Assembly: GCA_964057225.1 (NCBI GenBank)
Contig: OZ059894.1
Span: forward strand, 1,178,001-1,242,000
Direction: 5' to 3'
DNA: 64,000 nt
Origin: Auanema rhodensis
Taxonomy: Eukaryota > Animalia > Nematoda
Shown here piece by piece: positions 10,101-25,200 of the stretch (the first letter of the stretch is position 1; every line of letters begins with the position of its first letter). The notes beneath the pieces are model-generated. The model had not been told where the DNA came from, ran no database searches, and worked only from the letters and a program-made list of their open reading frames with translations. The position numbers and the translations under genes are program-made.

Positions 10101-13100
10101 TTTTTCGAAAAATTTCAGAATAATTTAGCAAAAAGTAGATGTTTTTAGATTCCTTTTTTCAAGACAAAGACGATGGACAATGTTTTTCAACGAAAAAATT
10201 AATTCTTCAGGGTGAAAATCGAGGATATAAGTGTGAACTTATATCAGTTGATATCTCGGTGCATTTTTAAGCTAGCGCAAATCTGATAACACAGATCGAC
10301 GCAGCTTAAAAATCCGCATTGAATGCACTATACTACATTGAGAAACGCTTTATACAAAAATTAGTTATGATCGTTTGAAAAATGATGCATTAGTGTATGT
10401 TGAGTTTCCATGTACACTCAACATTGCTTCCAAAAACATTTTGACAAAAATTTTTTCAAAAAATTTGAAAATAATTTAGCAAAAAGTAGATGTTTTTAGA
10501 TTCCTTTTTTCAAAGCAAAAACGATGGACAATGTTATTCAACGAAAAAATTAATTCTTCAGGGTGAAAATCGAGGATATAAGTGTGAACTTATATCAGTT
10601 GATATCTCGGTGCATTTTTAAGCTAGCGCAAATCTGATAACAAAGATCGACGCAGCTTAAAAATCCGCATTGAATGCACTATACTACATTGAGAAACGCT
10701 CAATACAAAAATTAGTTATGATCGTTTGAAAAATGATGCATTAGTGTATGTTGAGTTTTCATGTACACTCAACATTGCTTCCAAAAACATTTTGACAAAA
10801 ATTTTTTCAAAAAATTTCAAAATAATTTAGCAAAAAGTAGATGTTTTTAGATTCCTTTTTTTAAGGCAAAAACGATGGACAATGTTATTCAACGAAAAAA
10901 TTAATTCTTCAGGGTGAAAATCGAGGATATAAGTGTGAACTTATATCAGTTGATATCTCGGTGCATTTTTAAGCTAACGCAAATCTGATAACACGGATCG
11001 ACGCAGCTTAAAAATCCGCATCGAATGCACTATACTACATTGAGAAACGCTTAATACAAAAATTAATTATGATCGTTTGAAAAATGATGCATTAGTGTAT
11101 GTTGAGTTTCCATGTACACTCAACATTGCTTCCAAAAACATTTTGACAAAAATTTTTTCAAAAAATTTCAAAATAATTTAGCAAAAAGTAGATGTTTTTA
11201 AATTCCTTTTTTCAATTCAAAGACGATGGACAATGTTTTTCAACGAAAAAATTAATTCTTCAGGGTGAAAATCGAGGATATAAGTGTGAACTTATATCAG
11301 TTGATATCTCGGTGCATTTTTAAGCTAGCGCAAATCTGATAACACAGATCGACGCAGCTTAAAAATCCGCATCGAATGCACTATACTACATTGAGAAACG
11401 CTTAATACAAAAATTAATTATGATCGTTTGAAAAATGATGCATTAGTGTATGTTGAGTTTCCATGTACACTCAACATTGCTTCCAAAAACATTTTGACAA
11501 AAATTTTTTCGAAAAATTTCAAAATAATTTAGCAAAAATTAGATGTTTTTAGATTCCTTTTTTTGAAGGCAAAGACGATGGACAATGTTTTTCAACGAAA
11601 AAATTAATTCTTCAGGGTGAAAATCGAGGATATAAGTGTGAACTTATATCAGTTGATATCTCGGTGCATTTTCAAGCTAGCGCAAATCTGATAACACAGA
11701 TCGACGCAGCTTAAAAATCCGCATCGAATGCACTATATTACATTGAGAAACGCTTAATACAAAAATTAGTTATGATCGTTTGAAAAATGATGCATTAGTG
11801 TATGTTGAGTTTCCATGTACACTCAACATTGCTTCCAAAAACATTTTGACAAAAATTTTTTCAAAAAATTTGAAAATAATTTAGCAAAAAGTAGATGTTT
11901 TTAGATTCTTTTTTTCAAAGCAAAAACGATGGACAATGTTATTCAACGAAAAAATTAATTCTTCAGGGTGAAAATCGAGGATATAAGTGTGAACTTATAT
12001 CAGTTGATATCTCGGTGCATTTTTAAGCTAGCGCAAATCTGATAACAAAGATCGACGCAGCTTAAAAATCCGCATTGAATGCACTATACTACATTGAGAA
12101 ACGCTCAATACAAAAATTAGTTATGATCGTTTGAAAAATGATGCATTAGTGTATGTTGAGTTTTCATGTACACTCAACATTGCTTCCAAAAACATTTTGA
12201 CAAAAATTTTTTCAAAAAATTTCAAAATAATTTAGCAAAAAGTAGATGTTTTTAGATTCCTTTTTTTAAGGCAAAAACGATGGACAATGTTATTCAACGA
12301 AAAAATTAATTCTTCAGGGTGAAAATCGAGGATATAAGTGTGAACTTATATCAGTTGATATCTCGGTGCATTTTTAAGCTAACGCAAATCTGATAACACG
12401 GATCGACGCAGCTTAAAAATCCGCATCGAATGCACTATACTACATTGAGAAACGCTTAATACAAAAATTAATTATGATCGTTTGAAAAATGATGCATTAG
12501 TGTATGTTGAGTTTCCATGTACACTCAACATTGCTTCCAAAAACATTTTGACAAAAATTTTTTCAAAAAATTTCAAAATAATTTAGCAAAAAATAGATGT
12601 TTTTTAATTCCTTTTTTCAATTCAAAGACGATGGACAATGTTTTTCAACGAAAAAATTAATTCTTCAGGGTGAAAATCGAGGATATAAGTGTGAACTTAT
12701 ATCAGTTGATATCTCGGTGCATTTTTAAGCTAGCGCAAATTTGATAACACAGATCGACGCAGCTTAAAAATCCGCATCGAATGCACTATACTACATTGAG
12801 AAACGCTTAATACAAAAATTAATTATGATCGTTTGAAAAATGATGCATTAGTGTATGTTGAGTTTTCATGTACACTCAACATTGCTTCCAAAAACATTTT
12901 GACAAAAATTTTTTCAAAAAATTTCAAAATAATTTAGCAAAAAGTAGATGTTTTTAGATTCCTTTTTTCAAGGCAAAAACGATGGACAATGTTATTCAAC
13001 GAAAAAATTAATTCTTCAGGGTGAAAATCGAGGATATAAGTGTGAACTTATATCAGTTGATATCTCGGTGCATTTTTAAGCTAGCGCAAATCTGATAACA

Positions 13101-14139
13101 CAGATCGACGCAGCTTAAAAATCCGCATCGAATGCACTATACTACATTGAGAAACGCTTAATACAAAAATTAGTTATGATCGTTTGAAAAATGATGCATT
13201 AGTGTATGTTGAGTTTCCATGTACACTCAACATTGCTTCCAAAAACATTTTGACAAAAATTTTTTCGAAAAATTTCAAAATAATTTAGCAAAAAGTAGAT
13301 GTTTTTAAATTCCTTTTTTCAAGGCAAAGACGATGAACAATGTTTTTCAACGAAAAAATTAATTCTTCAGGGTGAAAATCGAGGATATAAGTGTGAACTT
13401 ATATCAGTTGATATCTCGGTGCATTTTTAAGCTAGCGCAAATCTGATAACACGGATCGACGCAGCTTAAAAATCCGCATCGAATGCACTATACTACATTG
13501 AGAAACGCTTAATACAAAAATTAATTATGATCGTTTGAAAAATGATGCATTAGTGTATGTTGAGTTTCCATGTACACTCAACATTGCTTCCAAAAACATT
13601 TTGACAAAAATTTTTTCGAAAAATTTCAAAATAATTTAGCAAAAAGTTGATGTTTTTAGATTCCTTTTTTCAAGGCAAAGACGATGGACAATGTTTTTCA
13701 ACGAAAAAATTAATTCTTCAGGGTGAAAATCGAGGATATTAGTGTGAACTTATATCAGTTGATATCTCGGTGCATTTTTAAGCTAGCGCAAATCTGATAA
13801 CACAGATCGACGCAGCTTAAAAATCCGCATTGAATGCACTATACTACATTGAGAAACGCTTTATACAAAAATTAGTTATGATCGTTTGAAAAATGATGCA
13901 TTAGTGTATGTTGAGTTTCCATGTACACTCAACATTGCTTCCAAAAACATTTTGACAAAAATTTTTTCAAAAAATTTGAAAATAATTTAGCAAAAAGTAG
14001 ATGTTTTTAGATTCCTTTTTTCAAAGCAAAAACGATGGACAATGTTATTCAACGAAAAAATTAATTCTTCAGGGTGAAAATCGAGGATATAAGTGTGAAC
14101 TTATATCAGTTGATATCTCGGTGCATTTTTAAGCTAGCG

Positions 14140-16255
14140 CAAATCTGATAACAAAGATCGACGCAGCTTAAAAATCCGCATTGAATGCACTATACTACAT
14201 TGAGAAACGCTCAATACAAAAATTAGTTATGATCGTTTGAAAAATGATGCATTAGTGTATGTTGAGTTTTCATGTACACTCAACATTGCTTCCAAAAACA
14301 TTTTGACAAAAATTTTTTCAAAAAATTTCAAAATAATTTAGCAAAAAGTAGATGTTTTTAGATTCCTTTTTTTAAGGCAAAAACGATGGACAATGTTATT
14401 CAACGAAAAAATTAATTCTTCAGGGTGAAAATCGAGGATATAAGTGTGAACTTATATCAGTTGATATCTCGGTGCATTTTTAAGCTAACGCAAATCTGAT
14501 AACACGGATCGACGCAGCTTAAAAATCCGCATCGAATGCACTATACTACATTGAGAAACGCTTAATACAAAAATTAATTATGATCGTTTGAAAAATGATG
14601 CATTAGTGTATGTTGAGTTTCCATGTACACTCAACATTGCTTCCAAAAACATTTTGACAAAAATTTTTTCAAAAAATTTCAAAATAATTTAGCAAAAAGT
14701 AGATGTTTTTAAATTCCTTTTTTCAATTCAAAGACGATGGACAATGTTTTTCAACAAAAAAATTAATTCTTCAGGGTGAAAATCGAGGATATAAGTGTGA
14801 ACTTATATCAGTTGATATCTCGGTGCATTTTTAAGCTAGCGCAAATCTGATAACACAGATCGACGCAGCTTAAAAATCCGCATCAAATGCACTATACTAC
14901 ATTGAGAAACGCTTAATACAAAAATTAATTATGATCGTTTGAAAAATGATGCATTAGTGTATGTTGAGTTTCCATGTACACTCAACATTGCTTCCAAAAA
15001 CATTTTGACAAAAATTTTTTCGAAAAATTTCAAAATAATTTAGCAAAAAGTAGATGTTTTTAGATTCCTTTTTTTGAAGGCAAAGACGATGGACAATGTT
15101 TTTCAACGAAAAAATTAATTCTTCAGGGTGAAAATCGAGGATATAAGTGTGAACTTATATCAGTTGATATCTCGGTGCATTTTCAAGCTAGCGCAAATCT
15201 GATAACAAAGATCGACGCAGCTTAAAAATCCGCATTGAATGCACTATACTACATTGAGAAACGCTCAATACAAAAATTAGTTATGATCGTTTGAAAAATG
15301 ATGCATTAGTGTATGTTGAGTTTTCATGTACACTCAACATTGCTTCCAAAAACATTTTGACAAAAATTTTTTCAAAAAATTTCAAAATAATTTAGCAAAA
15401 AGTAGATGTTTTTAGATTCCTTTTTTTAAGGCAAAAACGATGGACAATGTTATTCAACGAAAAAATTAATTCTTCAGGGTGAAAATCGAGGATATAAGTG
15501 TGAACTTATATCAGTTGATATCTCGGTGCATTTTTAAGCTAACGCAAATCTGATAACACGGATCGACGCAGCTTAAAAATCCGCATCGAATGCACTATAC
15601 TACATTGAGAAACGCTTAATACAAAAATTAATTATGATCGTTTGAAAAATGATGCATTAGTGTATGTTGAGTTTCCATGTACACTCAACATTGCTTCCAA
15701 AAACATTTTGACAAAAATTTTTTCAAAAAATTTCAAAATAATTTAGCAAAAAGTAGATGTTTTTAAATTCCTTTTTTCAATTCAAAGACGATGGACAATG
15801 TTTTTCAACAAAAAAATTAATTCTTCAGGGTGAAAATCGAGGATATAAGTGTGAACTTATATCAGTTGATATCTCGGTGCATTTTTAAGCTAGCGCAAAT
15901 CTGATAACACAGATCGACGCAGCTTAAAAATCCGCATCAAATGCACTATACTACATTGAGAAACGCTTAATACAAAAATTAATTATGATCGTTTGAAAAA
16001 TGATGCATTAGTGTATGTTGAGTTTCCATGTACACTCAACATTGCTTCCAAAAACATTTTGACAAAAATTTTTTCGAAAAATTTCAAAATAATTTAGCAA
16101 AAAGTAGATGTTTTTAGATTCCTTTTTTTGAAGGCAAAGACGATGGACAATGTTTTTCAACGAAAAAATTAATTCTTCAGGGTGAAAATCGAGGATATAA
16201 GTGTGAACTTATATCAGTTGATATCTCGGTGCATTTTCAAGCTAGCGCAAATCTG
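14140..16255. repeat. Tandem duplication of a 3-monomer unit (1054 bp including a 1-bp insertion); boundaries approximate
   Basis: Private variants recur at +1054: caacAaaa 14756/15810, catcAaat 14885/15939, caaTTcaa 14727/15781, T7G 15076/16130. Confidence 0.85.
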
Positions 16256-19200
16256 ATAACACAGATCGACGCAGCTTAAAAATCCGCATCGAATGCACTA
16301 TACTACATTGAGAAACGCTTTATACAAAAATTAGTTATGATCGTTTGAAAAATGATGCATTAGTGTATGTTGAGTTTCCATGTACACTCAACATTGCTTC
16401 CAAAAACATTTTGACAAAAATTTTTTCAAAAAATTTCAAAATAATTTAGCAAAAAGTAGATGTTTTTAGATTCCTTTTTTCAAGGCAAAGACGATGGACA
16501 ATGTTATTCAACGAAAAAATTAATTCTTCAGGGTGAAAATCGAGGATATAAGTGTGAACTTATATCAGTTGATATCTCGGTGCATTTTTAAGCTAGCGCA
16601 AATCTGATAACACAGATCGACGCAGCTTAAAAATCCGCATCGAATGCACTATATTACCATGAGAAACGCTTAATACAAAAATTAGTTATGATCGTTTGAA
16701 AAATGATGCATTAGTGTATGTTGAGTTTCCATGTACACTCAACATTGCTTCCAAAAACATTTTGACAAAAATTTTTTCAAAAAATTTCAAAATAATTTAG
16801 CAAAAAGTAGATGTTTTTAGATTCCTTTTTTCAAGGCAAAGACGATGGACAATGTTATTCAACGAAAAAATTAATTCTTCAGGGTGAAAACCGAGGATAT
16901 AAGTGTGAACTTAAATCAGTTGATATCTCGGTGCATTTTTAAGCTAGCGCAAATCTGATAACACAGATCGACGCAGCTTAAAAATCCGCATCGAATGCAC
17001 TATACTACATTGAGAAACGCTTAATACAAAAATTAGTTATGATCGTTTGAAAAATGATGCATTAGTGTATGTTGAGTTTCCATGTACACTCAACATTGCT
17101 TCCAAAAACATTTTGACAAAAATTTTTTCGAAAAATTTCAAAATAATTTAGCAAAAAGTAGATGTTTTTAAATTCCTTTTTTCAAGGCAAAGACGATGGA
17201 CAATGTTTTTCAACGAAAAAATTAATTCTTCAGGGTGAAAATCGAGGATATAAGTGTGAACTTATATCAGTTGATATCTCGGTGCATTTTTAAGCTAGCG
17301 CAAATCTGATAACACGGATCGACGCAGCTTAAAAATCCGCATCGAATGCACTATAACTACATTGAGAAACGCTTAATACAAAAATTAATTATGATCGTTT
17401 GAAAAATGATGCATTAGTGTATGTTGAGTTTCCATGTACACTCAACATTGCTTCCAAAAACATTTTGACAAAAATTTTTTCGAAAAATTTCAAAATAATT
17501 TAGCAAAAAGTAGATGTTTTTAGATTCCTTTTTTCAAGGCAAAGACGATGGACAATGTTTTTCAACGAAAAAATTAATTCTTCAGGGTGAAAATCGAGGA
17601 TATAAGTGTGAACTTATATCAGTTGATATCTCGGTGCATTTTTAAGCTAGCGCAAATCTGATAACACAGATCGACGCAGCTTAAAAATCCGCATTGAATG
17701 CACTATACTACATTGAGAAACGCTTTATACAAAAATTAGTTATGATCGTTTGAAAAATGATGCATTAGTGTATGTTGAGTTTCCATGTACACTCAACATT
17801 GCTTCCAAAAACATTTTGACAAAAATTTTTTCAAAAAATTTCAAAATAATTTAGCAAAAAGTAGATGTTTTTAGATTCTTTTTTCCAAGGCAAAGACGAT
17901 GGACAATGTTATTCATCGAAAAAATTAATTCTTCAGGGTGAAAATCGAGGATATAAGTGTGAACTTATATCAGTTGATATCTCGGTGCATTTTTAAGCTA
18001 GCGCAAATCTGATACCACAGATCGACGCAGCTTAAAAATCCGCATCGAATGCACTATACTACATTGAGAAACGCTTAATACAAAAATTAGTTATGATCGT
18101 TTGAAAAATGATGCATTAGTGTATGTTGAGTTTCCATGTACACTCAACATTGCTTCCAAAAACATTTTGACAAAAATGTTTTCGGAAAATTTCAAAATAA
18201 TTTAGCAAAAAGTAGATGTTTTTAGATTCCTTTTTTCAAGGCAAAGACGATGGACAATGTTTTTCAACGAAAAAATTAATTCTTCAGGGTGAAAATCGAG
18301 GATATAAGTGTGAACTTATATCAGTTGATATCTCGGTGCATTTTTAAGCTAGCGCAAATCTGATAACACAGATCGACGCAGCTTAAAAATCCGCATCGAA
18401 TGCACTATACTACATTGAGAAACGCTTTATACAAAAATTAGTTATGATCGTTTGAAAAATGATGCATTAGTGTATGTTGAGTTTCCATGTACACTCAACA
18501 TTGCTTCCAAAAACATTTTGACAAAAATTTTTTCAAAAAATTTCAAAATAATTTAGCAAAAAGTAGATGTTTTTAGATTCCTTTTTTCAAGGCAAAGACG
18601 ATGGACAATGTTATTCAACGAAAAAATTAATTCTTCAGGGTGAAAATCGAGGATATAAGTGTGAACTTATATCAGTTGATATCTCGGTGCATTTTTAAGC
18701 TAGCGCAAATCTGATAACACAGATCGACGCAGCTTAAAAATCCGCATCGAATGCACTACATTACATTGAGAAACGCTTAATACAAAAATTAGTTATGATC
18801 GTTTGAAAAATGATGCATTAGTGTATGTTGAGTTTCCATGTACACTCAACATTGCTTCCAAAAACATTTTGACAAAAATTTTTTCAAAAAATTTCGATAT
18901 AATTTAGCAAAAAGTAGATGTTTTTAGATTCCTTTTTTCAAGGCGAAGACGATGGACAATGTTATTCAACGAAAAAATTAATTCTTCAGGGTGAAAATCG
19001 AGGATATAAGTGTGAACTTATATCAGTTGATATCTCGGTGCATTTTTAAGCTAGCGCAAATCTGATAACACAGATCGACGCAGCTTAAAAATCCGCATCG
19101 AATGCACTATACTACATTGAGAAACGCTTAATACAAAAATTAGTTATGATCGTTTGAAAAATGATGCATTAGTGTATGTTGAGTTTCCATGTACACTCAA

Positions 19201-22200
19201 CATTGCTTCCAAAAACATTTTGACAAAAATTTTTTCAAAAAATTTCAAAATAATTTAGCAAAAAGTAGATGTTTTTAGATTCGTTTTTCCAAGGCAAAGA
19301 CGATGGACAATGTTATTCATCGAAAAAATTAATTCTTCAGGGTGAAAATCGAGGATATAAGTGTGAACTTATATCAGTTGATATCTCGGTGCATTTTTAA
19401 GCTAGCGCAAATCTGATAACACAGATCGACGCAGCTTAAAAATCCGCATCGAATGCACTATACTACATTGAGAAACGCTTAATACAAAAATTAGTTATGA
19501 TCGTTTGAAAAATGATGCATTAGTGTATGTTGAGTTTCCATGTACACTCAACATTGCTTCCAAAAACATTTTGACAAAAATTTTTTCAAAAAATTTCAAA
19601 ATAATTTAGCAAAAAGTAGATGTTTTTAGATTCCTTTTTTCAAGGCAAAGACGATGGACAATGTTATTCAACGAAAAAATTAATTCTTCAGGGTGAAAAC
19701 CGAGGATATAAGTGTGAACTTAAATCAGTTGATATCTCGGTGCATTTTTAAGCTAGCGCAAATCTGATAACACAGATCGACGCAGCTTAAAAATCCGCAT
19801 CGAATGCACTATACTACATTGAAAAACGCTTAATACAAAAATTAGTTATGATCGTTTGAAAAATGATGCATTAGTGTATGTTGAGTTTCCATGTACACTC
19901 AACATTGCTTCCAAAAACATTTTGACGAAAATTTTTTCAAAAAATTTCAAAATAATTTAGCAAAAAGTAGATGTTTTTAGATTCCTTTTTTCAAAGCAAA
20001 AACGATGGACAATGTAATTCAACGAAAAAATTAATTCTTCAGGGTGAAAATCGAGGATATAAGTGTGAACTTATATCAGTTGATATCTCGGTGCATTTTT
20101 AAGCTAGCGCAAATCTGATAACACAGATCGACGCAGCTTAAAAATCCGCATCGAATGCACTATACTACATTGAGAAACGCTTAATAAAAAAATTAGTTAT
20201 GATCGTTTGAAAAATGATGCATTAGTGTATGTTGAGTTTCCATGTACACTCAACATTGCTTCCAAAAACATTTTGACGAAAATTTTTTCAAAAAATTTCA
20301 AAATAATTTAGCAAAAAGTAGATGTTTTTAGATTCCTTTTTTCAAAGCAAAAACGATGGACAATGTAATTCAACGAAAAAATTAATTCTTCAGGGTGAAA
20401 ATCGAGGATATAAGTGTGAACTTATATCAGTTGATATCTCGGTGCATTTTTAAGCTAGCGCAAATCTGATAACACAGATCGACGCAGCTTAAAAATCCGC
20501 ATCGAATGCACTATACTACATTGAGAAACGCTTAATACAAAAATTAGTTATGATCGTTTGAAAAATGATGCATTAGTGTATGTTGAGTTTCCATGTACAC
20601 TCAACATTGCTTCCAAAAACATTTTGACAAAAATTTTTTCGAAAAATTTCAAAATAATTTAGCAAAAAGTAGATGTTTTTAAATTCCTTTTTTCAAGGCA
20701 AAGACGATGGACAATGTTTTTCAACGAAAAAATTAATTCTTCAGGGTGAAAATCGAGGATATAAGTGTGAACTTATATCAGTTGATATCTCGGTGCATTT
20801 TTAAGCTAGCGCAAATCTGATAACACGGATCGACGCAGCTTAAAAATCCGCATCGAATGCACTATACTACATTGAGAAACGCTTAATACAAAAATTAATT
20901 ATGATCGTTTGAAAAATGATGCATTAGTGTATGTTGAGTTTCCATGTACACTCAACATTGCTTCCAAAAACATTTTGACAAAAATTTTTTCGAAAAATTT
21001 CAAAATAATTTAGCAAAAAGTAGATGTTTTTAAATTCCTTTTTCCAAGGCAAAGACGATGAACAATGTTTTTCAACGAAAAAATTAATTCTTCAGGGTGA
21101 AAATCGAGGATATAAGTGTGAACTTATATCAGTTGATATCTCGGTGCATTTTTAAGCTAGCGCAAATCTGATAACACAGATCGACGCAGCTTAAAAATCC
21201 GCATTGAATGCACTATACTACATTGAGAAACGCTTTATACAAAAATTAGTTATGATCGTTTGAAAAATGATGCATTAGTGTATGTTGAGTTTCCATGTAC
21301 ACTCAACATTGCTTCCAAAAACATTTTGACAAAAATTTTTTCAAAAAATTTGAAAATAATTTAGCAAAAAGTAGATGTTTTTAGATTCCTTTTTTCAAAG
21401 CAAAAACGATGGACAATGTTATTCAACGAAAAAATTAATTCTTCAGGGTGAAAATCGAGGATATAAGTGTGAACTTATATCAGTTGATATCTCGGTGCAT
21501 TTTTAAGCTAGCGCAAATCTGATAACAAAGATCGACGCAGCTTAAAAATCCGCATTGAATGCACTATACTACATTGAGAAACGCTCAATACAAAAATTAG
21601 TTATGATCGTTTGAAAAATGATGCATTAGTGTATGTTGAGTTTTCATGTACACTCAACATTGCTTCCAAAAACATTTTGACAAAAATTTTTTCAAAAAAT
21701 TTCAAAATAATTTAGCAAAAAGTAGATGTTTTTAGATTCCTTTTTTTAAGGCAAAAACGATGGACAATGTTATTCAACGAAAAAATTAATTCTTCAGGGT
21801 GAAAATCGAGGATATAAGTGTGAACTTATATCAGTTGATATCTCGGTGCATTTTTAAGCTAACGCAAATCTGATAACACGGATCGACGCAGCTTAAAAAT
21901 CCGCATCGAATGCACTATACTACATTGAGAAACGCTTAATACAAAAATTAATTATGATCGTTTGAAAAATGATGCATTAGTGTATGTTGAGTTTCCATGT
22001 ACACTCAACATTGCTTCCAAAAACATTTTGACAAAAATTTTTTCAAAAAATTTCAAAATAATTTAGCAAAAAGTAGATGTTTTTAAATTCCTTTTTTCAA
22101 TTCAAAGACGATGGACAATGTTTTTCAACGAAAAAATTAATTCTTCAGGGTGAAAATCGAGGATATAAGTGTGAACTTATATCAGTTGATATCTCGGTGC

Positions 22201-25200
22201 ATTTTTAAGCTAGCGCAAATCTGATAACACAGATCGACGCAGCTTAAAAATCCGCATCGAATGCACTATACTACATTGAGAAACGCTTAATACAAAAATT
22301 AATTATGATCGTTTGAAAAATGATGCATTAGTGTATGTTGAGTTTCCATGTACACTCAACATTGCTTCCAAAAACATTTTGACAAAAATTTTTTCGAAAA
22401 ATTTCAAAATAATTTAGCAAAAAGTAGATGTTTTTAGATTCCTTTTTTTGAAGGCAAAGACGATGGACAATGTTTTTCAACGAAAAAATTAATTCTTCAG
22501 GGTGAAAATCGAGGATATAAGTGTGAACTTATATCAGTTGATATCTCGGTGCATTTTCAAGCTAGCGCAAATCTGATAACACAGATCGACGCAGCTTAAA
22601 AATCCGCATCGAATGCACTATACTACATTGAGAAACGCTTTATACAAAAATTAGTTATGATCGTTTGAAAAATGATGCATTAGTGTATGTTGAGTTTCCA
22701 TGTACACTCAACATTGCTTCCAAAAACATTTTGACAAAAATTTTTTCAAAAAATTTCAAAATAATTTAGCAAAAAGTAGATGTTTTTAGATTCCTTTTTT
22801 CAAGGCAAAGACGATGGACAATGTTATTCAACGAAAAAATTAATTCTTCAGGGTGAAAATCGAGGATATAAGTGTGAACTTATATCAGTTGATATCTCGG
22901 TGCATTTTTAAGCTAACGCAAATCTGATAACACAGATCGACGCAGCTTAAAAATCCGCATCGAATGCACTATATTACATTGAGAAACGCTTAATACAAAA
23001 ATTAGTTATGATCGTTTGAAAAATGATGCATTAGTGTATGTTGAGTTTCCATGTACACTCAACATTGCTTCCAAAAACATTTTGACAAAAATTTTTTCAA
23101 AAAATTTCAAAATAATTTAGCAAAAAGTAGATGTTTTTAGATTCCTTTTTTCAAGGCAAAGACGATGGACAATGTTATTCAACGAAAAAATTAATTCTTC
23201 AGGGTGAAAACCGAGGATATAAGTGTGAACTTAAATCAGTTGATATCTCGGTGCATTTTTAAGCTAGCGCAAATCTGATAACACAGATCGACGCAGCTTA
23301 AAAATCCGCATCGAATGCACTATACTACATTGAGAAACGCTTAATACAAAAATTAGTTATGATCGTTTGAAAAATGATGCATTAGTGTATGTTGAGTTTC
23401 CATGTACACTCAACATTGCTTCCAAAAACATTTTGACAAAAATTTTTTCGAAAAATTTCAAAATAATTTAGCAAAAAGTAGATGTTTTTAGATTCCTTTT
23501 TTCAAGGCAAAGACGATGGACAATGTTTTTCAACGAAAAAATTAATTCTTCAGGGTGAAAATCGAGGATATAAGTGTGAACTTATATCAGTTGATATCTC
23601 GGTGCATTTTTAAGCTAGCGCAAATCTGATAACACAGATCGACGCAGCTTAAAAATCCGCATTGAATGCACTATACTACATTGAGAAACGCTTTATACAA
23701 AAATTAGTTATGATCGTTTGAAAAATGATGCATTAGTGTATGTTGAGTTTCCATGTACACTCAACATTGCTTCCAAAAACATTTTGACAAAAATTTTTTC
23801 AAAAAATTTCAAAATAATTTAGCAAAAAGTAGATGTTTTTAGATTCTTTTTTCCAAGGCAAAGACGATGGACAATGTTATTCATCGAAAAAATTAATTCT
23901 TCAGGGTGAAAATCGAGGATATAAGTGTGAACTTATATCAGTTGATATCTCGGTGCATTTTTAAGCTAGCGCAAATCTGATAACACAGATCGACGCAGCT
24001 TAAAAATCCGCATCGAATGCACTATACTACATTGAGAAACGCTTAATACAAAAATTAGTTATGATCGTTTGAAAAATGATGCATTAGTGTATGTTGAGTT
24101 TCCATGTACACTCAACATTGCTTCCAAAAACATTTTGACAAAAATTTTTTCAAAAAATTTCAAAATAATTTAGCAAAAAGTAGATGTTTTTAGATTCGTT
24201 TTTCCAAGGCAAAGACGATGGACAATGTTATTCATCGAAAAAATTAATTCTTCAGGGTGAAAATCGAGGATATAAGTGTGAACTTATATCAGTTGATATC
24301 TCGGTGCATTTTTAAGCTAGCGCAAATCTGATAACACAGATCGACGCAGCTTAAAAATCCGCATCGAATGCACTATACTACATTGAGAAACGCTTAATAC
24401 AAAAATTAGTTATGATCGTTTGAAAAATGATGCATTAGTGTATGTTGAGTTTCCATGTACACTCAACATTGCTTCCAAAAACATTTTGACAAAAATTTTT
24501 TCAAAAAATTTCAAAATAATTTAGCAAAAAGTAGATGTTTTTAGATTCCTTTTTTCAAGGCAAAGACGATGGACAATGTTATTCAACGAAAAAATTAATT
24601 CTTCAGGGTGAAAACCGAGGATATAAGTGTGAACTTAAATCAGTTGATATCTCGGTGCATTTTTAAGCTAGCGCAAATCTGATAACACAGATCGACGCAG
24701 CTTAAAAATCCGCATCGAATGCACTATACTACATTGAGAAACGCTTAATACAAAAATTAGTTATGATCGTTTGAAAAATGATGCATTAGTGTATGTTGAG
24801 TTTCCATGTACACTCAACATTGCTTCCAAAAACATTTTGACGAAAATTTTTTCAAAAAATTTCAAAATAATTTAGCAAAAAGTAGATGTTTTTAGATCCC
24901 TTTTTTCAAAGCAAAAACGATGGACAATGTAATTCAACGAAAAAATTAATTCTTCAGGGTGAAAATCGAGGATATAAGTGTGAACTTATATCAGTTGATA
25001 TCTCGGTGCATTTTTAAGCTAGCGCAAATCTGATAACACAGATCGACGCAGCTTAAAAATCCGCATCGAATGCACTATACTACATTGAGAAACGCTTAAT
25101 ACAAAAATTAGTTATGATCGTTTGAAAAATGATGCATTAGTGTATGTTGAGTTTCCATGTACACTCAACATTGCTTCCAAAAACATTTTGACGAAAATTT

